64,000 nt of DNA from Mobula hypostoma (taxonomy: Eukaryota): positions 75,764,001 through 75,828,000 of the forward strand of contig NC_086097.1 of NCBI RefSeq assembly GCF_963921235.1, given 5' to 3'. The position numbers and the translations under genes were made by a program. The notes below the pieces were generated by a model. It saw nothing but the letters and a program-made list of their open reading frames with translations, made no database searches and had not been told where the DNA came from. Position 1 is the first letter of the stretch; each line of letters opens with the position of its first letter. Shown one piece after another: positions 38,587 to 51,829 of this stretch.

Positions 38587-39567
38587 TCATCCCCTCATCC
38601 GTACACACCTTGATGCTTCAATCTTCCTCACCGTTTCAAGATGGAGTCGTTCATGACCGTGCACTTCGTCTCTAGTCTTTTCCATGAGTCAGCTTGTGTT
38701 CTTGGTTCTTTTCGGGTCCCTGTCTCTCATCTCAATGAGGCAGCTCTCCGGACACAGCACAGTGCTAGATCATTCGATTGATTTCCAAACTGCACATCAC
38801 AAGCTCCCACAATTTCCGTAACAAAAATAAACAAGACAAAAAGAACAAGCAGAAGGCGTATAAAAAGTGAAATAATTGAAGTGATTTGCTATCTGAAATA
38901 CGTCGCCTGAGGAACTGTTGTTCATTGGCACCATCTTGACCCCTTGATCTGTGTCCCATGCAATATCTAGGCTTACTGTTTTCTCCAGTTAAATAAATAT
39001 TTAATCCAAAGTTTCTATAATTGAACTTGGGGGATTTGGGGGAGGGGTGTGGATAGCACATATGCATTAAAATTTGACAATTGATTGCAAAATGCTTAGT
39101 CAAAAATACATTCATTTTTCTATTGAATTCTGAAGATTTTGTTGCTTTACTTTTTTTCACTGATCTGAAACAAGGGGAGATTGGAAGAGGTCTGTAACCA
39201 TCAGTTTTGGATGGCTCTGAGAGCTTTGTATTTCTCACAACAGCAAACGTTACCAAAACTTTCCAACGTTAAAGTATGTGCTTTAAAGAAACAATTTTAA
39301 ATGTCAGAATCAGGTTTATTATTGCTGTCTTATATGACATGAAATTTGTTGCTTTACTGCAGCAGTACTGTGCAAAGACAATTACTGTACATTACAAATA
39401 AGCAATTAATGTAAAAAAGGAATAACGAGGTTGTTATCATGGACTGTTCAGAAATCAGATGGCAGGGAAGAAGCTGTTTCTGAATTGTTCAGTGGGGATC
39501 TTCAGTCAAAGGAGGTTCCTGTACTTCCTCCCTGATGGTAGATGTGAGAAGAGGGCACATCAGGAAT

Positions 39568-39770
39568 CACTGTTCCCTCTAAGCTGCACAGGTGTGTGGC
39601 CATGCAGTGACTGAAATGCTCCTGCATGCATATCCTTTGTTGTCATGCACCTGAAATTGTCTTTTATATGTTTTATTAAAGTACCACACGGTTTTCAGGC
39701 CATGTAAAAAATCTCCTGCTCAGAGCAATCATTGATTGGTGCAGTTGTAAAAAAGTTAGAGGGAGCATTG
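39568..39770. mobile_element. Small hAT-like MITE inside a Rex/Babar remnant (~39303-39905, minus)
   Basis: Imperfect TIRs cactgttccctctaa / ttagagggagcattg; no clear TSD. Confidence 0.55.
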
Positions 39771-39905
39771 TGGATGGATGAGGGCCTTTAGTAATGGATG
39801 CTGTCTTCTTGAGCCATGACTCTCGAAGGTGCCAGTGATGGAGCTGGTCAAGTCTGCATCTCGCGCTCCTGTATTTTGGAGCCTTTGTGTAAGGCTGTGA
39901 TGCAA

Positions 39906-40450
39906 CCACAACACAAAATTCTGGAGGAAGACAGCATCACTGGAAGGTCAACGTTTTAGGCCAAGACCCTTCATCAGGAATGGAAAATTAAACAAAAATA
40001 TGAAGGGAGGGAAAGGAGTATACACTGGCAGATGAGTGGGTGGGGAAGGGGGATGAAGTGTGAAGCTGGAAGGTGATAGGTGGAAGAGATAAAGGGTTAA
40101 AAGAGATGGATGTGATATGATTGGAGCATGGGCTATGGAAGGAAGGAAAGGAGGAGGGGCACCACAGGGAGGTGGTGGGCAGGTGAGGAGAAGGGGTAAA
40201 AGGGGAGCCAGAATGGGGAATGGAAAATGAAAGGAGTGGGGAGAAATTACCAGAAGTGAGAGAAATCGATGTTCATGCCATCAGGTTGGAGGCTACATGG
40301 ATAGAATATGAGGTGATGCTCCTCCAAGCTGAGAGTGGCCGCATTGTGGCAGTATAGAGGAGGCCATGGACTTATATGGCAGAATGGGAAATAGAATTAA
40401 AATGGGCAGCCTCTGGGAAAACCCTCCCTTTATGGCAGAGTAAAGATGTC
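39906..40450 (-). mobile_element. PLE 3' fragment with a decayed hammerhead (~39946-39982)
   Basis: atcgatgttcatgccatcaggttggaggctac as at 230-258. Minus strand reads CTGATGA agggtcttggcct AAAACGTT gacc. Confidence 0.8.
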
Positions 40451-40489
40451 CGACAAAGTGAGGAGCAACACTTCATATTCAATCTGGGT

Positions 40490-41200
40490 GGATTCATATG
40501 TTTCAAAGGAACAGGGAGAGAGGAGAAAGCTGGTGGAGTGCATTGCTATTTAGGGATAATATCACAGCTGCAGAAAGGGAGGGCATCATGGTGGGATTGA
40601 CTACTGAGTCGATGTGGATGGAAGTCAGAAACAGGAAGGGGGTGATCACTAACTGGGATTATTCCTCCTCCTCCCCCCCCCCACCAAGAGCAACAGAGAC
40701 AACAAGGAGCAGATCAGTAGGCAGTTTTTGGAAAGGTGCTAAAATATCATGGTTGTTGTCCTGGATGACTTCAATTTCACTAATATTGCTTGGCACCTCA
40801 GTACAAGAAGTTTAGATGGGGCAGAAGTTATTAGGTGTGTGCAGGAAGGATATGAAACACAGTATGTGGATCAGCTGACCAAAGGAGAAGCTATACTGGA
40901 CCTACAGCCAGGCAATGAACCTGGTCAAGTGATAGGTCTCTCGGTGGGTGAACACTTCAGAATCAGTGCCTATAAATCTCTGACCTTCAACAGTCGACAA
41001 ACAGGAGGAGACAGTATGAGAAAGTTTTAATTGGGAGAGGGCTAATTATGTTGTATTAGGTTGGAACTTGGGAGCAGATGTCCTCAGGGAAATGTACAAC
41101 GGAAATATGGAGGGTGTTGAGGGTGCACTGGATAGGTTGTCCTACTGAGGCAGGGGAAGTTGGTAGAGTGAAGCAACTACACTCGACGAGAGATGAAAGA
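40490..41200 (+). mobile_element. CR1 endonuclease-region remnant
   Basis: VVVLDDFNFTNI and EAILDL..GNEPGQV. Confidence 0.7.
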
Positions 41201-41994
41201 AGAAATCGTAATGAGCTTGTGCTGAGCTGGAATGTGACGCATGGCAGGGGAGTGACTTTAATTTTCTCCCCTGAAGATTAATTACAGTATACTGGAAACT
41301 CACAGGTGATGGTAGGAAATGGCTGTCTTTTATATGCCACTGTCTTGCTTTTCTTTAATTGGTGGTTGCCTGCTCACTTTATGGATTGAACATTCGTTGA
41401 AGATTAATCCAAGTTAGCACCATGAGGAGGAATTGTGGTTTTTAATTGCAGTGATCCTGCAGTAAGTTGCAGTTCATTTCCAAATGGCAGGACAGAGAAA
41501 GTTCCTAACAGAATCTTGGTCTGGTCAACTTGTGTGCACTGCTGTTGCAATTACACTGGGGTGTATTTGGAGTAAGCAAGATTAGCAAAGTCATTGTTTG
41601 TTTTTCATTGAGGCTGCACTTTGAGTAGGTGAGTCCTTGGTTTTGAAACAGTATGTGGGTGATACCTATTAGACCCTGGTGTCCTCACCACAAAGCTGTA
41701 TTCATCCCAGGAAATTAGGAAAGCTGCCTCCAATCAGTGCATTGCATATTAATTAGTGTATCATAAGATTAGTTTGTATACCATTAAATTTGCTGGCATA
41801 TAGTACTTTTGCATGAAAGGTTAACTCAGGGTATTTCTATCACTTGCAGTGAGCAGTGTTTTGAAATAACAGATTGTTAATAAGCCTAGTTTTCTCATTT
41901 CAATATATGGGAGATGCATAGGCAACAGAAGAAATCATTCTCTTCTTTTGGTTTTTGAATATTTTAACTTGTCCTACTCTGAAGTAACATGAAG

Positions 41995-42545
41995 CATTTG
42001 AAGGCTGTGGGCCTGTACTCATTGGAGTTTAGAAGAATTTGGTGGGTGGAGAAGATATCACTGAAACATGTTGAATATTGAAAGGCCTAGACAGTGGACG
42101 TGAGGATGTTTCCATAAGTCGGAGAGTCTAGGGCCAGAGGGCACACTTCAATTCTTCAGTTTACAAGGAAAATATACCAATGAGAAAAATATGCCTATCA
42201 AGTATTGAACGGCCTGGATAGAGTAGACATAGAGAGAATGTTTAAAATAAAGGGGGAGTGTAAGTCCAGAGGGCCCAGCTTCAGAGTAGAAGGTCATCCT
42301 TTTAGAACAGATGAGGAGGAATTTCTTTAGCCAGGGGGTGGTGAATCTGACTACCACCCTCTGACTGTGGAGTCATTGCATATACTAGAAGCAGAGATTG
42401 ATAGGTTCTTGAATAGTAAGAATGTCAAAGGTTACAAAGAGAAAGTGGGAAAATGGAGTTAAGAGGGATCATCCATCAGCCCTGCTGGAATGGTGACAGA
42501 CACGAAGGGCCAAACGGTCTAATTCTCTTCCTATGTCCATGGTCA
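41995..42545 (+). mobile_element. Tandem CR1 3' fragments
   Basis: Similar to other CR1 3' ends in the window. Confidence 0.65.
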
Positions 42546-43279
42546 AAAGTGTTTGGTTATTTATGTGGAAAAAGAAGGAATCAGAGCAGACTATGATCTA
42601 TGCTGCAGGGGTAAATGGATTGTGATTACTTGCAAAACTTCACACAATGAACCTCATTGAGTTCTCCTCCTGCATCCACACTGGTCTGTTTAATATTTCC
42701 TGTATCAGCTCAGACTGAGGGAGACAATGCATAGCTTTGGAGAAGAGTCATTTAAACCAACATCCTGCAGACCTTCAATGGGGATATGTGGTAATGGGAT
42801 CAGGATGCCACAAGGTCTTGCCTGTCAAAAGCTAAGGTTTATTTTCCTGCATGACAAGGATCTGAGCTTTGATTAATCACCTTTCAAAAGACAGAGATGT
42901 AAGACATAACTTTGATAACAAAAGCTGAATCCAAAACTTCCTTGCAAAATTAAACTTTTTCATCAACTAGTGACTTTGTGCAACAGATAACTAATTAAAG
43001 AGGTTAGAGTTATTTTTTTAAATAAATATTTCTCTATTCCATTTAGTGTGTGGCCTTGCCATAATTTTCTTTTGTTTGTTACGTCACCATATGTCTTGAT
43101 CCACACCCATAAATTACTAAACCTTTCAGTAATGGGAAGAAGGCAGGAGAATTGAGATGAGAGGAATAATAAATCAGCCATGAATGAATGGCAGAACCAG
43201 CTCGATGGACCAAATGACCTAATTCTGCTCCTACGTCCTATGGACTTGTACTTAAGGTTTAAGAATCAAAAATCTAGCA

Positions 43280-44360
43280 ATGCTTTTGGGAGTTATAAAT
43301 AGCCAGGAAGTAGCTTAAGAAGGAACGTAGGAGAGCTAGAAAGGGACATGAAAAGGCCTTGGTGAGTAGGATTACGGAAAAACCCGAGGAATTCCACATA
43401 TACATGAAGAACAGAAGGGTTAATAAAGTGAGGGTAGGAGGAGATGGTGGAGGTCTTTATTGAATATTCTACTTCAGTATTCACCAGTGAATCGGTACTT
43501 TATGAATGTGAGGTCATCGTACAACAGGTTGTATCATTGTGCAGTTAAGAAGAAAGTTGTGTTGGAAACATTGAAAAACATTAGGATAGATAAGTTTTTA
43601 GGGGCCAGATGGAATATACCCCAAATTACTATAGGAAGTGAGAGAGGGGATCGCTGCACCATTGACGATGATCTTCATGTCCTTCCTGGCCACAGGATTA
43701 GTACGGGAACTCTTGAGGATGTCAAGTATTATTCTTTCATTCAAGAAATGTAATAGGGATATTTCTGCGAATTATAGATCAATGAATCTTATGTCGGCAG
43801 GGGACAAACTATTGGAGAGGATTCTTAGAGACAGGATTTACGAGCATTTGCAAAAGCACAGTCTGATTAGAGATAGTCAGCATGGCTTTGTGAAGAGTAA
43901 GTCATGCTCCATCAAGCCCGATTGTCTTTTTCGAGTAAGTGACAAAACAAATCGAAAGTAGAGCAGTGGATCTGATGTACATGGATTTTAGTAAAGAGTT
44001 TTATATGGTTCCCCATAGCTGGATTATTAATAAAGTCAGGAGTCATGGGGTCTGTGGAAACTTGGCTTGTCCACCAAAGTCAGAGGGTGGTAGAAGATGG
44101 AGTGTATTCTGGAGGGGTATAGATATGGTAAATGCAAGCTGGCTTTTTCCACTGAGGTTGGCTGGGACTATAACCAGAGGTTATGTGTTAAAGGTGAAAG
44201 GTGAGAAGTTTAAGGGGGCCATGAAGGGAAACAACTTTTCTCAGAGTGTTGTGAGAGTGTGGAATGAGCTGCAGCACAAGCCGTGCATGAGAGCTCGATT
44301 TCAATGTTTAAGAGAAGTTTGGAATGGTACATGGATGGTATAGAGGGCTATGGTCACAGT
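43280..44360 (+). mobile_element. CR1 RT remnant, apparently continuing at ~47940-48725 beyond an inverted CR1
   Basis: LIRDSQHGFVK and VDLMYMDFSK. Later RT/3' sequence resumes after 47940. Confidence 0.7.
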
Positions 44361-44361
44361 G

Positions 44362-47300
44362 GCCTCATAATTGTGTATACTTCTACCAAATCTCCTCTCA
44401 ATTTTCTACATTCCAAGGAATGCAGTCCTAACCTATTCAATCTTTCCTTATAACTCAGGTCCTCCAGACCCAGCAACATCCTTGTAAATGTTCTCTATCC
44501 TCTTTCACCTTGTTTACATCTTTCCTGTAAGTAGGTGACCAAAACTGCAAACAATACTCCACATTAGGCTTCACAAACACCTTGTACAACCTCAACATAA
44601 CATCCCACCTCCTATGCTCAATACATTGATTTATGAAGGCCAATGAGCCAAAACCCTTCTTTACAACCCTACTTCCTGTCATGCTATTTTCAATGAATTA
44701 TGGACCTGTATTCCCAAATTCTTTAGTTTTACCACACTCCTCAGTGTCCTACTGTTCAATGTGTAAGACCTACCCTGGTTGGTCCTACCAAAGTGCAAAA
44801 GTGACACACCTGTCTCCATTTAATTCCATCAGCCATTTTTTCTAGCTGATCCAAATCCCTCTGCAAGCCATGTTAGCCTTCCTTTCTATCCACAACACCC
44901 CCAATAATGGTGTCATCTGCAAATTTGCTGATCCAATTAACCACATTATCAACCAGATCACTGATATAGATAACAAACAACAATGGACCCAGCACCGATC
45001 TCTGCTGCACTCCACTAGTCACAGACCTCCAGTCAGGGAGGTAACCATCTACTACCACTCTCTAGCTTCTCCCATAAAGCTAATATCTAATCCAATTTAC
45101 TCTCTCACCTTGAATGCTGAGTGACTGAACCTTCTTGACCAACCTCCCATATGGGACCTTGTTCAATGCTTTGCTAAAGTCCATGTAGACAACATTCACT
45201 GCCTTGCCTTCATCCTCTTTCCTAGTATCTTCCTCAAAAAACTCTGTAGATTGGTTAGACATGACCTACCACAAAGCTTTAATCAGTCTATGTCTATCCA
45301 AATACTTACATATCCGGTCCCTTAGAATACCTTCCAATAACTTTCCCACAACTGATGTCAGACTCACCAGCCTATAATTTCTTCGTTTATGTTTACAGCC
45401 GTTTTTTAAAACAGTGGAACAACATTGGCTCTCCTCCAGTCCTCTGGTACACCTCCTATTGCCAAGGATGATTTAAATATCTCTGCTAGAGCCCTGGCAT
45501 TTTTGCATTTTCCTCTGTAGGGTCTGAAGGAATACCTTGTCAGGCCCTGGGGCGATTTATCCACCCTGATTTGCCTCAGGATAGCAAACACCTCCTCTTT
45601 AGTAATCTGCACAGGGTCCATGAAGTTGATGCCATTTACCTCCCTTCTATAGACTATGTGTCTGTCTCCTGAGTAAATACAGATGTAAAATATTTATTTA
45701 AGGTCTCCACCATCTGTTTTGCCTCCACACATGGATTACCATTCTGATCTTCCAGAGGACCAATTTTGCTCTTAACATATCTGTAGTAACCCTTAAGATT
45801 CTCCTTCACCTTGTCTACTAGAGCAACTTCAGTGCCTACTTTTAGCCCTCCTACTTTCTCTCTTAAGTATTCTCTTGCATTTCTTATACTCCATAAGAAC
45901 CTTATTTGTTCCCATCTGCCTATACCTTCTATGCACCTCCTTTTTCTGTTAACCAAAGCCTCAATATCTCTTGAAAATCAAAGTTCTCTACATTTGTTAT
46001 CTTTACCATTTATTCTGAGAGGCACATACAAGCCTCAAAATTTTGCTTTTGAAGGCCTCCCACTTACCAATTACACCTTCGCCAGAAACAGCCTGTCCCA
46101 ATCCACACCTGCCAGATCATTTCTAATATCGTCCAAATTGGCCTTTCTCCAACCTAGAATTCAACCAGACCAGACCTAACTTTTTGCATATTTACTCTGA
46201 AACTAATGCCATTGTGGACACTAGATGCAAAGTTTTCCCCTACACAAATTTTTGTCATCTACCTTGTTTCATTCCCTAATAGCAAATCCAGTACCACACA
46301 CTCTCTCATTGGGACTTCTAAGTACTGATTAAGGAATCTTTCCTGAACACATATGACAAGTTCTATCCCATCTAGTCTTTTTCTAGTATGGGAGTCTCAG
46401 TCAATATGTGATAGTTAAAATCACCGACTATAACAACCTTATGTTTCTTGCAACAGTCTGTGATCTCTCCACAAATTTGTTCCTCTAAATCCTGCAGACT
46501 GTTGGCTGGTCTGTAATATAGCCCTATTAACATGGTCATTTTTTTTCTCAGTTCCATCCATAACACCTCACTAGACAAATTCACCCATCTGTCCTGGTGG
46601 AACACTACCGTGAAATTTTCCCACCCCTCCTCCTTTAATTCCCCCCCCCCACTCTGTCACATCTAAAACAATGGAACCCTGGAATAGTGAGCGGCAAATC
46701 TTGCCCCCCCACCCCCGCAATCAAGTCTCACTAATGGCTACAATATCATAATTCCAGGTGTTGATCCATGCCCTGAGCTCATACGCCTTTCCTATGATAC
46801 TTCTTGCATTGAAATATACACAGCTCAGGACACTAGTTGCACCCTGCTCAATCTTTCGATTCCTGACTTTGTCTGAGATCGTACCAACATCCGTTTTCAC
46901 AACCTCTCCACTAACTGTTCTGGCACTCTGGTTCCCATCCCCCTGCAACTCAACTTTAAACCCCATAGTGCAACATTAGCAAACCTTAACATTAGGATAT
47001 TATCCCCCTCCAGTTCAGGTGCAAACTACCTCTTCTGTACAGATCTCACCTTCCCTAGAAGAAAGCCCAATGCTCCAAAGATCTTATGCCCTCACTCCTA
47101 CGCCAACTCCTTTGTCAGAGGTTAAACCGTATAATATTTCCTACCTTTGCAGAACCTTGTCACTCATCCTACCGATGTCATTGGTACCTACATAGACCAC
47201 AAGCTCAGGCTGTGCACACTCCAACTTAAGAATGCTGAGGATTCGATCCGAGATGTCCTGGACCCTGGGACCCAGGAGGCAACATAACATCCAGGAATCT

Positions 47301-47900
47301 CGTCCTCGCCCACAGAACTTCCTTACTGCTCCCGTAACTAATGAATCCCTTATCACCAAAGCTCACCTCTTCTCCCGCCTTCCCTTCTGAGTCACAGAGG
47401 TAGACTCAGTACTGAAGACCCTGCCGCTGTGACATCTCTCTGCTAGGTCATCCCGCCAGAACAGTATCCAAAGTTCTGTTGTTGAGGGGGATGGCCACAG
47501 TGATACTCTGTGCAGGCTCCTTAACCCTTTCCCCTTCCTGACTGTCACCCAGTTTTCTGTGTCCTACACCTTAGGTGTAACTACCTCTCTATATGTCCTA
47601 TCTATCATCCCTTCAGCCTCCCAAATGATCCAGAGTTCATCCAGTTCCAGCTCTAACTCTGTCACATGAATTGTTAGAAGCCGCAACTGGATGCACTTCT
47701 AGTCATCAGGGACCTGCCTTCCCATATCCCGCAATAGGAAAATTCCAGTATCCTGCCCAGCATCGCTACTGTTCTAACTGAGCAAATGTAAAGAAGGTGG
47801 GGAAAAAGACTTTATTCACAGCGTTTCTTTCTTTGCTTTCTCTGACTGAAGCCTCAAAATCTCCACTCTAACTCTGTCCACTTTGACGATGCCCCTCCCT
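44362..47900 (-). mobile_element. Long degenerate CR1 (ORF1 esterase-like region + ORF2)
   Basis: ORF1-like VIRDSLV...VVYVGTNDIG; EN YFNARSI..YDIVAISET and GLYYRP; RT VVYMDFSKA and KFADDT. Confidence 0.9.
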
Positions 47901-49670
47901 TTCTTTAATTTGTTTTTGCTAATTTCTTCCCATCTAGGTGACAAATGAACATTGATATTATGCAGATCTGGGTTGATAAGAGTCAGATAGAGTTCAGTCT
48001 GAACAAGTGTGAAGTGATACACTTTGAAAGATTGAATTTGAAGTTAATAGCAGGATTCTTAGCAGTGTGGAGCAACAAAGTGATCTTGTGGTAGATGTCC
48101 ATAGACTCCTTAAAGTTACAGATTGCTTAAGAAGGCATTTTGTAGGTTGGGCCTTGTTAGTTGGAAGATTGAGTTCAAGAGCCTGATGTAATACTGCAGC
48201 TCTATAAAACTCCAGCTAGGCTACACTTGGTGTATTGCCTTCAATTCTGGTCACCTCATTGTAGGATATGGAATTTTATAGAAGGTACAGAAGAGGTTTA
48301 CCAGGATGCTACTTAGATTAGAGGATGTTTCATGAGGAAAGGATGAGCAAGCTAGGAGTTTTCTCTTTGGAATGAAGGAGGATGCGAGTCAACTTGATAG
48401 GGATCTATAAGATGATAAGAGACAAAAAATGAGTAGACAGCTTGTGCCTTTTTTGCAGAGCACTAATATGAGAGGACCTACTTTTAAGGTAATTGGAAGA
48501 AATTATAAGGGGGTTTGAAAGAGATAGGGGTTTTTACACAGTGTATGTAGTGCACTGTCGGGGGTGGGGGCAGGGGCAGATGCATTAGAGACATTTAAGA
48601 TACTCATAGATGAAAGATAAAATGGAAGGATATGAGGGAGGGAGCGGTTTGATTGATCCTGACTAGGTTAAAAGATTGATACAACATTGTGGACTGAAGG
48701 GCCTTTACTGTGCTATACTGTATTACATTATCATTGATCCATAGCGACTGCTCACAAACATGAGAACATTTGCAGATGCTGGAAATCCAAAGCAACACAG
48801 ACAAAATGCTGGAGGAGCTCAGCAGGCCAGGCAAGCATCTATGGAAAAGAGTGCACAGTTGACATTTTGGGCTGAGATGAAGACTATCAGCTGAAATGTC
48901 GACTGTTCACATTTCATTCTTTCCTTGTATTGCTGAAGGTTTCATATATAATAAATGATCACAAAATAAAGTTTAAAATTCTATATAATAGACTGGTGGT
49001 TCATTATTGTCACATTCACCCACAGTGGAAAAACTTATACAGATCAATTCATTACAACAGAACATTGAGCTAGTGTCTGATAGTATAGGCAGATACATAG
49101 GGATATTTACAAAACTCTTAGATTGGAACATGCATAATAGAAAAACTGGAGGGCTATGTAGGAGGTTAGGGTTAGATTGATCTTAGAGTAGGTTATAAGA
49201 CTGGCACAGCATCATGGGCTGAATGGCCTAGACTGTGTTGCAATGTTCAATGTTCTAAAGGCTAAAACAATACTAGAGTGCAGAAATTAAGTGTTAGAGA
49301 GTGTAGTGCAGGTGGACGGTAAGGTGTAAGGTCATAGCAAGCTAAATTATGAGGTCAAGAATCCATGTTATCCTACTGGGGAACCATCCAATAGTCTTGA
49401 TAGTGTCATTGAGCCTGCTGCCAGGTGGGGGGGCGGGGTCTTTAATTATGTTGGCAACTTTACTGAGGCCGTGAGAAATATAGATAGAGGAGGATACAAA
49501 GATAAAAACTGGTGACGGTCAAGGTGATATAATAAATTTCTTTAGCCTCCTGAGTAAGTAAAGGCGCAGGTGAGCTTCCTTGACTGCAGCTTCAACATGG
49601 TTGAATCAGGGCAGATTAAAGGTGATGTTCGCTCCTAGGATCTCGAAGCTCTCAACAACTCTTGACCTGA

Positions 49671-49811
49671 CAACAGGAATTCTGCAGATGCTGGAAATTC
49701 AAGCAACACACATCAAAGTTGCTGGTGAACGCAGCAGGCCAAGCAGCATCTATAGGAAGAGGCGCAGTCGACGTTTCAGGCCGAGACCCTTCGTCAGGAC
49801 TAACTGAAGGT
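49671..49811 (-). mobile_element. 141-bp PLE-terminus mini-element with a 13-bp TSD
   Basis: ACTCTTGACCTGA at 49658-49670 and 49812-49824. The insert is near-identical to 2087-2172 plus the full 3' tail. Confidence 0.92.
49766..49801 (-). ncRNA. Intact minimal type I hammerhead ribozyme motif
   Basis: Minus strand: agtc CTGACGA agg-gtctcgg-cct GAAA CGTC gact. Helix I 4 bp, helix II agg/cct, palindromic ACGT helix III. Predicted cleavage after the GUC, between 49770 and 49769. Confidence 0.82.
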
Positions 49812-49889
49812 ACTCTTGACCTGAGCACCGTTTATGAAAACAAGCGCAGTATCATCGAACTGAAATTTTAAATAGAATTGAGACCCAGT

Positions 49890-50390
49890 GCTCCGCTCTG
49901 TTACCTTTGAGTCTGAAACGAGGAGAGTCTGCCCACCGCAGCACCTTCCAACCAGCAGGGGCCGCGACCGTGGGAGGACGGCGTAGTTGCAGCGCGTAGC
50001 TCCGCTCGGCCACTCGTCGTTGGACAAAGGAGCGGGAGGAGGTTTGAAAGGAGCCGGTGGGGTGAAGTGACGGGGGGGGTGGCGAGCTCGGCGAAGGCCT
50101 AGTCTTGTTTCTGAGCCGCTGCTGCAGTGCACTCGAGCTTGTTGGTCGCGCCATGGAGGCGGACATCCTGGACACACTCGATGCGCTAGGGTGAGTGGCT
50201 CCGCTATTTGCAGATCCCTTGCACCGCCGCTCCGCACAAGTGTCCGGTGGGGACCCCTTTCTCTTCTGCTCACACCTCAACTTTGCGGCGGGAAACTCAC
50301 GGGGTTCACGACTTTTGCAGCAGAGGAATGCTGTTTGGTTCAGTGTTAGTGCCGACCTCGACACGAGTATGTATTGCTCTTGTTTCCGCC
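49890..50390 (+). promoter_or_regulatory. FAM98B: CpG island / promoter and first exon of FAM98B
   Basis: The only dense non-repeat CpG/GC-rich tract in the window. It surrounds a strong Kozak start gcgccATGG at 50153. Confidence 0.88.
50153..50190 (+). CDS. FAM98B: FAM98B coding exon 1
   Basis: MEADILDTLDALG(G), donor GG|gtgagt. Matches human FAM98B MEGDVLDTLEALG. Confidence 0.93.
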
Positions 50391-51167
50391 CCTCCATCCT
50401 CTCTCCCCCCCACTCTGTCCCCCCATCATCTTCCCCCCAAAACTCATCCATTACCCCTTTCCCCCACACTTTCTCCCTCTGCCCATTTCCCACTACAAAT
50501 GTAGTCTGGCTCAGAGTTTCTTCAGTGGTTTGTGCTCCAGTTTGTAACATCTGCAGTCTCCATGTCTTATAGAAGTTGCTTCGTTATGATATATAACCTT
50601 TGCCTTTATGAACAGTTAAAACCAAAAAAAATCACAACCATTAAAAATCACAACCATTCAGAGATTCTGTAGTGTAAAAGCTTCTGTCAGCACCAAGCCA
50701 CCTCTGCCTCCTATTATTGGCCTATGTGGTAAGGCTTTGCTAGATCCATCACTGTCAGCTTCCTGCAAAGTACCAGCCAAAATTCCAGTGAAGAGATCCT
50801 GCATCATGGTAGAGTCCTGTGAAGGTGAATGTCATCGCGTGGGAATGGAGAGCAAACCAAGTCCTACTCACAAAGCAGGTCAGGGGGAAGCTTTAACAGC
50901 TGTGAACCATTCCACTTTGCTTAGCCAACATCAGGATTTTTTTCAAGACCAGGTATAAAAACTTACAAGAATCAAATAATTGAATTATTTTAATTATTGA
51001 CAGTTATCAAAAATACTTATGAACAAAATGGAAAGCACTTAATTGTATGGTACAACCTTGCATTACTGAGGAGTTGCACTCCAGAAAAACTGTCCAAATC
51101 ATGATTTTCCATAATATGAACCCTTCATTGAAGTAGGCAACATTTACTGTTTTACTTTTTCCCCTTC

Positions 51168-51280
51168 AGAAGCATCAACTGTTTGTTTATTTCCATAGAT
51201 GCTGCCTGACCTGCTGAGTTCCTCCAGCATTTTGTGTGTATTGCTCTGGATTTCCAGCATCTGAAGAATCTCTTGTTTAT
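51168..51280 (+). mobile_element. PLE terminus copy truncated within the hammerhead
   Basis: gaagcatcaactg...catagatgctgcctgacctgctgagttcctccagcattttgtgtg...ccagcatctgaagaatc. Confidence 0.7.
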
Positions 51281-51829
51281 AAGTTTCCCAATGCTGACCT
51301 TGGCTATTTGCAACTTTTCATCCCCATTCAAATGTTCTTAGACACATATTTAATGCTAATTCTTTAAAGAAGTTGCAGAGTTTGTCATTACAAAATTTTG
51401 TAAATATGCAAAATTTTAGATGTGTGGAATAAAATCCACTCTCAATTTTTTTTAGGGGAAAAGAAGTTAATAAATAACTCCATCCTCTTCCCCCCTCACC
51501 ATATTGTGTTGGTTGTCTATACTTGTGAATTGTCACTGTTTATGGCTCACAATGGTATCAGAGCACAGTCAGCAAAAGCTGCATTACTGAGGAGTCAGTG
51601 TGGTGGTTTTGGACATCCTGAATGTACTTGCACAGGGAAGATGCTGGCAGTTTTGCAAAATCTGGGCTGGCTAGCTGGTATTTCAGCTTCACAACACTTT
51701 CATCTGCTTGCAGTTAGAGATATCTGTATCGTAAAATAAAACAAAGTTGTACATACAGAATGGTAATGGAGGCCTAAGCTAAAATTGCTTTCAAAAGTAT
51801 GCTTGCCAACCAAAGATTCAACTATTGAA

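Noticed and set aside
38765-39256. 163-aa minus-strand ORF
   Set aside because: Spans AT-rich unique DNA and a repeat end; no homology or splice support recognised.
49800-50572. 157- and 232-aa minus-strand and 98-125-aa plus-strand ORFs over the FAM98B promoter
   Set aside because: Stop-poor GC-rich CpG island. Low-complexity translations with no recognisable domain; the real frame is the 38-nt exon 1.
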